From Octopus sinensis (taxonomy: Eukaryota), in contig NW_021826563.1 of the NCBI RefSeq assembly GCF_006345805.1, positions 1 to 12,382 of the forward strand: a stretch of DNA of 12,382 nt. The letters are read 5' to 3'. The notes beneath the pieces were generated by a model. The model searched no databases. It saw only the letters and a list, made by a program, of their open reading frames with translations, and was not told the origin of the DNA. Positions 1-9,749 of this stretch are shown here, piece after piece. Position numbers and translations under genes: made by a program. The number at the start of each line of letters is the position of its first letter. The first letter of the stretch is position 1.

Positions 1-100
1 AGTGTGCTAGAGCGGTCAATCTGTGCCAAGCGGCTTTACTCTGCGTGTTTTAGCTTTGTTACTATTGCACCATCCGAATATTTATTGATCAGACCACGTG

Positions 101-131
<31 letters not shown>

Positions 132-177
132 TTAAAATAGGCATAACTCCAAGAACGAACACATTAATACTATATGA

Positions 178-588
178 GGGTGGCGAGCTGGCAGAATCGT
201 TAGCACGCCGGGCGAAATGCTTAGCGGCATTTCATCTGCCGCTACGTTCTGAGTTCAAATTCTGCCGAGGTCGACTATGCCTTTCATCCTTTCGGGGTCG
301 ATTAAAAAAGTATCAGTTACGAACTGGGTTCGATATAATCGACTTAATCCGTTTGTCTGTCCTTGTTTGTCCCCTCTGTGTTTAGCCCCCACCCCCTTGT
401 GGGTAGTAAAGAAATAGGTATTTCGTCTGCCGTCAGGTTTTGAGTTCGAATTCCGCCGATGTTGATTTTGCTTTTCATTCTTTCAGGGTCGATAAAATTA
501 GTACCAGTTACGTATTGAGGTAGATGTGACCGACTTAATCCCTTCCCCAAAATTTTGAGGCCTTGTGCTTCCAGTAGAAAAGATTTTT
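178..588 (+). mobile_element. tRNA-derived SINE, dimeric form (duplicated central module), Octopus-type
   Basis: Pol III A-box-like TGGCAGAATCG (189-199) and B-box GAGTTCAAATTC (251-262), then the core GCCTTTCATCCTTTCGGGGTCGAT..AAGTA.CAG. The B-box/core module repeats at ~420-541 (GAGTTCGAATTC at 442-453). Ends ...GGCCTTGTGCTTCCAGTAGAAAAGATTTTT. Family recognised from memory, not from a search. Confidence 0.8.
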
Positions 589-1425
589 ATCTATCTACTA
601 TCCTAGATTTTATTTCTTGTAAATTCTCGCTCTCCTTCCTTTAGTCATACTTTTTTATTTAAAAAACAGGCATCCTTACTGTATTTGATGTAGAAAACTC
701 CAAGGAGAGTATTATAACACCTTTAGCGAATATATTATACTAGACTGGAATCGCAAATAAATGCTTTGAGAAGTCAATGAATCAGCTTGTTTAATAGGAA
801 TGGTGTAAATCTGTACGCTATTTATGATAGAAAACCCTAGAAACACCACTTCAGATAGTACAAGGCCTTAACTGACGGCTAAATCATCAGGGAAAAACGG
901 AACCCTTTGATTATAAGTAAAGAGTGGGATCCAATGAAAGGAGTAATGGTTTTCTTTATCGGCAATTATGGAGAATATAGAACTGAAAAGTGTATTAAAA
1001 TGGTTCTCTGTCAGAGAAGCAAGGTCTAAATTTAGTTGTGCACTTTTCGGTTTTTTTCTCCATACACCAAGATATTGTGGAATAGATATTTTAATCACAG
1101 TAACCTAGCTTTGATATCTTGTGCAAAACACCAATTTCCATGGGTTTTTTTTTTCAAATTTGCTCAAGTATGTTTTGAAGAAAGTGGATGTGGAAAGTTG
1201 TGATATTCATTCTTCTCTATATATAGTGAAAGGTAATTAACAGCATTAGACAGTGAGATAATTCACGTTGGTATCGCTTCTCATTCTCTATTTAAAAGGG
1301 TCCTTGTAACTTGTTTGACAGCTTATGCTGCTAAATAGTCAATACAAGTTTCATTTTAAGGAGAATTCGGTATAAATAACATAAAGACAGGAAGAAATAT
1401 AGGAAGCGATGTACCCCTTCATCTC

Positions 1426-2247
1426 CTAAAGTTATAAGTAGAGACTTACAATTTTCCCAAAAGCAACACTAGGAAAGATGTTTATCTCTAGGACCTGCTA
1501 AAAGTTCTACATAATGACGAGAACGGATGTGAGAATATGTGGTATTCATGCCTTTGCCGTAGACGTTCTTGGAATAAATCTTTCCCCTCGTGCACCACCA
1601 GGCCACGACCGACCTCTGGTGACTTTCTTGACAAGCGCTGTGTACTTATTTGGTTACACGTAATGTATTTCTTCATTTTAACGAGACGCCATCTTGTCGA
1701 TTAGATGCAGACGAGTCCTAAAAAACTTTTAATTACTCTAGACTAGGTAATTTTCAGAGTAAAATAAAATAGCTTTGAATGTGGACGATGTCGAATTGCA
1801 TACTGCAAAGGATGAAAAGAATCTAGAAACACCGCCGTAGATAGTACATGGATTTAAGCACGAAATTTATCGACTACAAAAATAAAATAACTTCCTGAGT
1901 ACTCACGATGTAAAGAGCCCTAACTAATACCTAAGGCATTTAAGTTTTTAGGACTCGTCTGCATCTAATCGACAAGATGGCGTCTCGTTAAAATGAAGAA
2001 ATACATTACGTGTAACCAAATAAGTACACAGCGCTTGTCAAGAAAGTCACCAGAGGTCGGTCATGGCCTGGTGGTGCAGGAGGGGAAAGATTTATTCCAA
2101 GAACGTCTACGGTAAAGGCATGAATACTACATATTCTCACATCCGTTCTCGTCATTATGTAGAACTTTTAGCAGGACCTTGAGATAAAAACCTTTCCTAG
2201 TGTTGCTTTTGGGAAAATTGTAAGTCTCTACTCATATAATACTTTAG
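1426..2247. mobile_element. Foldback / MITE-like non-autonomous element with ~300-bp inverted arms
   Basis: 1426-1728 is the reverse complement of 1942-2247. By manual count there are 8 substitutions and 2 small indels, with a perfect stretch of ~118 bp from 1607. Spacer is 1729-1941 (213 bp). No transposase and no clean TSD. The inverted repeat is directly seen; the TE interpretation is inference. Confidence 0.7.
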
Positions 2248-2250
2248 AGT

Positions 2251-2360
2251 AATACTAAACTTATCGACTCCCGAAAGGATTTGAACTCAGAACACAAAGA
2301 GCCGGAACAAATAACACGATGCATTTTGTCTGATGCTCTAATGGTTATGTCAATCCAGCT
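2251..2360 (-). mobile_element. Degenerate, internally deleted copy of the same SINE family as 178-588
   Basis: Reverse complement reads AGCTGG...TTAG...AAATGC...GTTCTGAGTTCAAAT-CCTTTCGGGAGTCGATAAG. This is the head, B-box and core with the segment between B-box and core deleted. Confidence 0.65.
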
Positions 2361-2488
2361 ACTGTAAATGAATGTTTGGAGTGGAATTTATTACAAGAGT
2401 TGATTAACAGAGAGTAACAGTAACATAGTTTTGACCTCACATATATTTAGATTACAAACCATGACTATAAGACTGGAGTTATATAATA

Positions 2489-2870
2489 ATGCAACATGAT
2501 GAAAAAGAAGAAGAAGAGAACGACGATGACGACGACGACGACGATGTCACAGACAACTACGACGACCATGGCGACGATAATGCTGTTATTATTGTTGATG
2601 ATGATCATGATGATGATGGTAGTGGTGGTGGCGGCGGCGGTGGTGGTGGTGGTGATGATGATGGCGATGATGACACTGACAATCGTGATAATGATGATGG
2701 GGGTATTGTGGATGATGATGATGGCGATGATGATGATGATGGTGGTGGTGGTGGTGGTGATGATGATGGCGATGATGACACTGACAATCGTGATAATGAT
2801 GATGGGGGTATTGTGGATGACGATGATGGCGATGATGATGATGACGATCATGATGACGATCATGATGATC
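2489..2870. repeat. GAT/GAC/GGT compound trinucleotide tract containing a 105-bp tandem duplication
   Basis: The unique anchor GACACTGACAATCGTGATAATGATGATGGGGGTATTGTGGATGA occurs at 2672 and 2777. Confidence 0.9.
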
Positions 2871-3172
2871 AAAAGAAGGGTGAGTGAAAAAAAAAACAGG
2901 TAAAAGAAAGAGAAGTAAGATATAAAATAATAAAAAGAAAAAAGAAAGAAAACGAAAAAAAAAAAACGAGCAAAGACGAGGAATTGCCAAATCTCAGTCG
3001 GTTTGACATATTGTTGCTTTATCTTGCATTGGAACCAATTATAGATCAATAACTGGAAATTTCCTGCTTCCTGAATCTTGGAAATACCTTCACGAAGGTT
3101 CCACCAAATCTTCTAGCAACACAACCAGCGTCTTTTCTGATATTTTTTTCTGATATTACTACCATGTTTCTT

Positions 3173-3785
<613 letters not shown>

Positions 3786-4128
3786 TTCGCATTCTGCCTT
3801 GTTTCTCTTTAATTTCAGAATCAGGAACATCAGAATGAGATCAGATAGTTGTTAGTGAGAGGATGTTAGTTTTTTTTTATCATTTTTGTTTATTTGTTTG
3901 TCGGTTTTCTTTTTTTCCTTTCTGTTTCTATAATGTCCTCTTACGTGGTATGTGCCGTTGTTTTTCGTTTTGGCTTTTTGTTCGGTTCAGTCCTACTCGC
4001 TCCTCTTCTTCTTGTCATTGTGTCTGTCAGCTGTATTCATCCCTGGTTTCGTTTATATCATTTGTATTGTGCCTTAAGCCATACAATACACTTCTACACA
4101 AAAACAGTATACATGCATGCATATATAT

Positions 4129-4260
4129 TTGTGTATAGGTGGGTATACATCTATATAGATATGGCTACATATAAATGCATATATATACTGGCATACTTTA
4201 TATATTTATATGTATATATTATATATGTGTGGGTATAAAATTATATATATATATATATAT

Positions 4261-4301
<41 letters not shown>

Positions 4302-4345
4302 TCTGTGTATTGATATATATAAATACATAGAATCATATGTATGCA

Positions 4346-4378
<33 letters not shown>

Positions 4379-4635
4379 TAATATATATATATAATATATA
4401 CATATATATTATTACATATATATATGTGTGTATATATATATATATACACATATATACAATCCATATATACATATATATATGTATATATATACACGCATAT
4501 GTATATATACATATGTATATATACTCATATATATATGCATATAGTATTTATATATGCTTGCATATATGTAAACATATAAAGACATACACACAGAGACTTC
4601 TATATATTTACATGCATGTATGTGTGTGTGTGATT

Positions 4636-4636
<1 letters not shown>
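4129..4636. repeat. Degenerate (TA)n/(GA)n/(TG)n dinucleotide tract
   Basis: Directly visible. Confidence 0.9.

Positions 4637-4703
<67 letters not shown>
4637..4703. repeat. Pure (TAGA)n/(GATA)n tetranucleotide microsatellite
   Basis: Uninterrupted TAGA units. Confidence 0.95.
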
Positions 4704-4809
4704 CCTCGTGGAGCTTTAAGTGTTTCCGCTCAATAAATACACACAACGCCCGGTCTGGGAATCGAAACCGCGAGCCCGCTGCCCTAACCACTGGGCCACT
4801 GTGACTCCA
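4702..4809 (-). mobile_element. 3'-truncated tRNA-SINE head, same family head as 10457 and 11473
   Basis: Reverse complement TGGAGTCACAGTGGCCCAGTGGTTAGGGCAGCGGGCTCGCGGTTTCGATTCCCAGACCGGGCGTTGTGTGTATTTATTGAGCGGAAACACTTAAAGCTCCACGAGG aligns to 10457-10580 and 11473-11595. Confidence 0.85.
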
Positions 4810-5050
4810 GTTCTCAGTAATAATTGAAAAGTATTATTTATTTGTACATCTATCCTCGTTTATTATCATATCCATATTTTAGATCACGTGTGTAAAACCT
4901 TATATTTTTTTCATTAGATATTTGAGTTTAATGAATTAACTGTTTCATATTAATGTAAGCATTTTGCATTTTAAACGTTTCTTCTTTGAACAAATTTTCT
5001 GGAGCGTGACACAGAAGGTAGATAGAAGGGGCGATACTATTTTATTAACA

Positions 5051-6006
5051 CGAGGGTTATACCAAATGTATTATGAAAGTGAGCACAACATTTCTTTTTA
5101 ATTGATGCGGGTTCGTTCAAGCTGCCCATGTTGGTAGGATAGCTCTTCTTCTGTTGGTAGAATAACTCTTCTTCTGTAGGAACTCTTCTTGTTCTTCATT
5201 ATAAATAATGAGTTCCAAACAATAGCAACTTTTAGCATTTAAACCGGCCATGTCCGGCCAAAAGTATTCTGCCTGTTTTATGTTCAAACTGGCCAGATCT
5301 GGTCTGTCACACCAACCCTACAATATCGTTTTAAAAATTAACAGCTACCTCATCAAAATCTCATAGCTACAAGATAATGCATGATTAGTTCAAAACAATG
5401 TGGATGAAGAAACATTAATTTTGGCAGAATAATGCAAACACTAAAGGGTTAAGTTCTTGACGAAGAAGGGATACCGGCTGACTGACATCTGCAGATGGCT
5501 TACAGGTTGCTTATGTAGATGACACTTGACAAGAGCAATCTGCATAGATGGATAAAGAATTTTAAAGGAGGGAAAAATAGCATTGTGGACAAACCACTAA
5601 GTGGGAGACAAACCACCAACTGCGACCAATGACACAAATCATTACTGAGCGGGTGAAATGATTCGCGCGGACAGGAGAGTCACAATCTGGAGTTTGCTGC
5701 ACGACTGCTCTTTAGCCACAATACATTACAGAAGATATTGCTATACTTTGGGTATCAGAAAGTGTGGGCAAAGAAGGTAGCTCGGCAGCCGACGCCTTGT
5801 TTGAAGAGAAGGATGGAAGTTTGCTCTGATCTAATGGAAGTGCCTGAAGCTTTGTGATGGGAGAACGAATACCCAGTCCATGGAGTGACATCCAGTCTCC
5901 TCTTTAACACCTATGACATTCATTAGTAAGTGACCATCATAAAAAGTAATGGTTACATTGTGGGAATGTAAAGGGCGTCATTGTACTAGATTTTCTGAAG
6001 CGTGGC
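5051..6006 (+). mobile_element. Decayed mariner (Tc1/mariner) element: putative 5' end plus frameshifted N-terminal/central transposase
   Basis: Translating across frameshifts from 5451 gives KFLTKKGYRLTDICRWL / DKSNLHRWIKNFKGGKNSIVDKPLSGR / EMIRADRRVTI / GYQKVWAKKVARQPTPCLKRRMEVCSDLME / QSME* / KVMVT..VKGVIVLDFLKRG. These match mariner HTH motifs (RW..F..G..S..D.PRSGRP), the WVP-linker region and KVM.TVFWD..G.I..DFL. CGAGGG at 5051 resembles a mariner TIR start (weaker). The first catalytic Asp region is damaged and the rest of DD34D is absent. Confidence 0.85.
5228..5452. mobile_element. piggyBac-type (TTAA) MITE nested in the mariner ORF
   Basis: Right end ...CACTAAAGGG|TTAA (5439-5452); left end ..CTTTTAGCATTTAAAC is a damaged copy of TTAA|CCCTTTAG. 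The mariner frame resumes at the TTAA (AAG TTC TTG). I recognise the internal sequence as an abundant octopus repeat (from memory). Confidence 0.65.
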
Positions 6007-6283
6007 TGGGAACTTTCGGCCATTTATGTTCGAAATTAAAATCTCGTTGTAGAGTTTAACCCATACAGGCAATGCTTCCCGGTAATACTGCTAAGATTCC
6101 TAAAAAAATGTTTGTAGTCTTTATGCACACAGGTTATAATGCTTCAGCATAGGTTGTTCAGTTAATGTATTTTATGACTCAGAATTTCGACGCTAACTTT
6201 TGTCGTTCTTGTTCATCACTAACTCAAGATTTGACGTACCACAGACACTGTTATGCATCTGGTACAATGAATGCCTTCAGCAT

Positions 6284-7345
6284 TCAAGATGTCAGACACC
6301 TAGACTTGGTCTTTGCTTGACTCGGACCTATCAAAGAAACGACAACTTCCATTTCTATAGTGACCGACACCATTACTGTGACGTCATGTAGACTGGCTCT
6401 CCGTCGGTTACGACGACGAGGGTTCCAGTTGATCTTATCAATGGAACAAACTGCTCGCAAAATTAACACGCAAGTGGCTGAGTATTCCACAGACACGCGT
6501 ACCTTAACGTAGTTCTTTTGGAAATTCAGCCTGTCACAGAATGTGACAACCCTGACCCTTTGAAACACAAGTACAACTCATTTTTGCCAGCTGACCTCAT
6601 CTACGCATACCAACATGGCCTTCCTATATTCGAGTTCGAGAGGTTTACACTTCAACGCATCTACCGTTTGTAGCAGTATCTCATGAACAAACATGCACAA
6701 AAACCAAGAGAAAGGACATCCTTGAGGGCCAAAAGGTTCCGATATAATCATACTATTTTCGGCATTTACTCTAATTACCTAGCAAATTCCATTTTACTTT
6801 GGAACAATTCATTCTCTCAAAACTGGATCGCGACTCATTGAAGAAAGCTGACTTTTGACTTTCTCGGAAGTCTTGGATATATCCCTGTGGATCAGAGCTG
6901 CACCGAAGCCAAGTTTATTGCACAATCTCTGCATGAGTTATCAAACGGGGTCGAAATTGACATCTGTATATCTAAATCTGCCAAAAATCTCACAGACCAA
7001 CCTTCCCGATCCTACTAAAGGCGACAAGTGCAATTCTCTTTCCGAATACCGTGGCCAAAACATTAAGCTGCACTAAATGAAGTTCTGGGCTTAGAAACTG
7101 TTGATGATAACACCACCCCATCGCCATATTTGCATTCCTCGACAGTGCAATAATTCCTCGGTTAATACATTTGGGAAAGTATCTAGCCTGTTGCTAGTTG
7201 TGATAGATGTGTCTGCCAAGAGAAAGACGATCATGTCTGGCAAGTGTCCATACAGCTTGTAGTGTCGACCATCAAAACGAATATTCCATTGCACCTGCGT
7301 GAATGTGTATTTAGTTAGCTCCCCTTACATTCTGCGTTCAAATAC
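6284..7345 (-). mobile_element. Decayed non-LTR retrotransposon ORF2 (reverse transcriptase), Tx1/L1 clade
   Basis: Minus-strand motifs occur in correct RT order across frameshifts: FDGRHYKLYGHLPDM..LLAD (cf. PGLDGLPYELY..MPDL..LLAD); RGII...QQF...LNVLATVFGKRIALV (cf. RPITLLN.ELKILAKVLA.RL); GAALIHRDISKTSEKV (cf. ALI.LDQSKAFDRV); VIRVN...SEPF..QGCPFS (cf. VRVNG..SEPF...RQGCPLSP); VCVDEV / DVTVMVS (cf. AYADDVTV). Multiple stops. Confidence 0.8.
6392..6591 (-). mobile_element. 5'-truncated SINE/LINE 3' tail (200 bp) with a 13-bp degenerate TSD
   Basis: 6392-6577 is the reverse complement of the tail at 10651-10833 (…GTTGTAC…TTTCAAAGG…ACCCTCGTCGTCGTAACCGACGGAG). Flanks are TGACGTCATGTAG (6379-6391) and TGACCTCATCTAC (6592-6604), 10/13 identical. 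Confidence 0.85.
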
Positions 7346-7375
7346 TTGAAACCGGGTTTGGTGACCATCTCAAAA

Positions 7376-7385
7376 TCATCATCAC

Positions 7386-7428
<43 letters not shown>
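7376..7428. repeat. (CAT)n microsatellite
   Basis: Directly visible. Confidence 0.95.
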
Positions 7429-7452
7429 GTTATCGAATGGTAATGAATAATG

Positions 7453-7473
7453 TGAGAGAGACAGACAGACTGA

Positions 7474-7528
<55 letters not shown>

Positions 7529-7692
7529 GAAGAAAGAAAGGAAGAAAGAGAAACGAAAGAAAAAATCAAGCGATGGAAAAGAAATTAGGGAAAGAACCTC
7601 GATAATGAAAAGATGAATTGGTGGAAAAACAAAGATAGAAAGAAGGAGAAGAAAAAAGAAACAAGCAAAAATAGAGAAGGAACTGAAAGAAA

Positions 7693-7730
<38 letters not shown>

Positions 7731-7765
7731 GAGAAAGAAAGAAAGAAAAAAGAAAGAAAGAAAAA

Positions 7766-7833
<68 letters not shown>

Positions 7834-7866
7834 AAAAAGCAGAAAGTGACGGAGCGAAAAGAAAAG
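7453..7866. repeat. (GAAA)n tetranucleotide arrays in a purine-rich tract
   Basis: Two GAAA arrays (~7472-7555 and ~7690-7840) joined by A/G-rich sequence. Confidence 0.9.
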
Positions 7867-8023
7867 AAATCTAATACGCCATCATTTTGAGTCTAAAGAA
7901 TCTAAAGCAAGTTGTAATAGCAGCCCTTTAAGTAAAACAGCTTTAAACGAAGACCATTCTTTTGCTGAAGATCTGCTTCTTACTTCCCCGTGAAGAAGAA
8001 AAAAAAGGCCATTAATAATAATG

Positions 8024-8031
<8 letters not shown>

Positions 8032-8069
<38 letters not shown>

Positions 8070-8230
8070 TAATAATAATAATAATAGAAGGGCTCTGTTG
8101 TTGGGTTTTTGTTGCTGTTAGGGTTGCTACCAATGTTATTTGTTATTGCTGCTACTGTGGTTGTTGTTCTTGATGGTAATGGTGGTGGTGGTGGTGGTGG
8201 TGGTGGTGATGGTGATGGTGGTGGTGGTAT
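8032..8230. repeat. (TAA)n followed by (GTT)/(GGT)n trinucleotide tracts
   Basis: Directly visible. Confidence 0.9.
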
Positions 8231-8381
8231 TTGTTGGTGTTGCTGCTCCATTATGAGTGACAGAAGGTCCCGATGCCAGCCAAACACCCCAAGAATCCCA
8301 TACCATATTTTTAACACACAGTTATCTCCCACTTAGCGAAAGTTATTTTGCACCCCGGAGCGATATTAAACATTTTGTTTT

Positions 8382-8425
<44 letters not shown>

Positions 8426-8471
8426 AAACATATCTATCTATCTCTTCCTTCCTCTTCTCTCTCTATCTCTC

Positions 8472-8519
<48 letters not shown>

Positions 8520-8639
8520 CTCTTCTCTCTCTTCTCTCTCTCCTCTCTGGAGGTATACACATTTATATATATACATAAATACATGCACACAAAAATACAT
8601 ACTTATATATATACATATATATATATATTATAATATATA

Positions 8640-8685
<46 letters not shown>

Positions 8686-8971
8686 TTAGATACATGTGTG
8701 GTGTGTGTGTGTGTGCATAAACATATATGCATGTACATTTGCATAGATACATACGGATGGATATACGTGTGTGAATATCTATATCTATATATCTATATAT
8801 ATATATGTGTGTGTGTGTGCGTGTGTGCGTTTGTGTGTATGTATATACATACTTATCCATATCTATGTGTATATATATATAAGTGTGTACGTGTGTATGT
8901 ATGTGTGTGAATGTGTGAATGTGTGTGTGTGTTTGTGTGTGTGTGTATACATACTTATCCATATCTATGTG

Positions 8972-9006
<35 letters not shown>

Positions 9007-9052
9007 TTGTACGTGTGTATGTATGTGTGTGAATGTGTGAATGTGTGTGTGT

Positions 9053-9115
<63 letters not shown>
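8382..9115. repeat. Compound (TATC)n, (CT)n, (TA)n, (GA)n, (TG)n tract with an internal ~100-120-bp duplication
   Basis: Anchors ACTTATCCATATCTATG at 8851 and 8953, and GTACGTGTGTATGTATGTGTGTGAATGTGTGAATG at 8887 and 9009. Confidence 0.9.
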
Positions 9116-9118
<3 letters not shown>

Positions 9119-9749
9119 TCATTCTCCATATTTATTTCTCTCTACGTTTCTGCCAATACATTATTTTTTCTTATTTTTTCTTTTCTTCTTTCTCTCCAAA
9201 AAAAATCTAATGCACTGAGCAAACTGGGGGTTAAACCGACATCGTTGCGGTTCGTTGGCCGACAGATGGCTCTTCCCAACTCGATTGCTGATTCGCTGTA
9301 GTAATGATAGCTTAATCTCTCGGCTTGAGTCGATGTCGGTTTGTTAGAAGCATCGTGTACTCAGCATATGCTCATAAGGATGCGTTCTGTGCTGGAGTTC
9401 TGTACCTTCATTGGAGGTATGCTGGCACCTAGGTGGTGTTAGTTTCTAACTCACACCACGCCATGCTGGTTTCTACACCAGGTTTAGGTTTTCTTCTTTT
9501 TTCTTCCTTAATTTATGGAGGTTTTTTTTTCTCTTTTTTTTTCTGTTTTGTTATTTGTTTGCGTGCCATGTTTTTATTTTATTATTATTATTTTTTTTTT
9601 GCTCTCGTTAATTTTTTTTTTTTTTTGTATTTCACTATTATGCGTTTTGCTGTTTATATTTTTTGCGATTTTTAAACATTATTTGTTTGTTGCGTTTATG
9701 TATTTTGCTTTGGAGAAGGTAGCAGAAGATAAACAACGGTGTTAGAAAC

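Noticed and set aside
1488-1676. 62-aa ORF MKKYITCNQ… in the left foldback arm
   Set aside because: No recognisable homology, and the mirror copy in the right arm has a stop (CAA to TAA).
1700-1960. Possible hammerhead ribozyme (CAGACGAGTCC…), which would suggest a Penelope-like pLTR
   Set aside because: The core is CAGACGA rather than CTGANGA, and no GAAA follows the candidate stem II (GAGTCCTAA/TTAGGGCTC).
4210-4647. YI/CV-repeat ORFs here and at 8603-9301 and 11990-12223
   Set aside because: They are dinucleotide repeat artefacts.
4637-4703. Regular short repeats as a CRISPR array
   Set aside because: Simple tandem repeats with no spacers, in eukaryotic DNA.
6593-7018. Stop-poor plus-strand frame (141 codons, 2 internal stops)
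   Set aside because: It is better explained as the antisense shadow of the minus-strand Tx1/L1 RT relic.
7091-7294. ORF preceded by an acceptor-like CTAAC…CACGCAG, suggesting a host exon
   Set aside because: The peptide matches the N-terminal RT region of the LINE fossil.
7876-7993. Plus-strand frame RHHFESKESKASCNSSPLSKTALNEDHSFAEDLLLTSP* as a terminal exon
   Set aside because: No polypyrimidine acceptor upstream (purine-rich GAAA tract) and no recognisable homology.
9299-9310. Four consecutive stop codons TAG TAA TGA TAG
   Set aside because: No credible coding exon upstream, and plausible by chance in AT-rich DNA.
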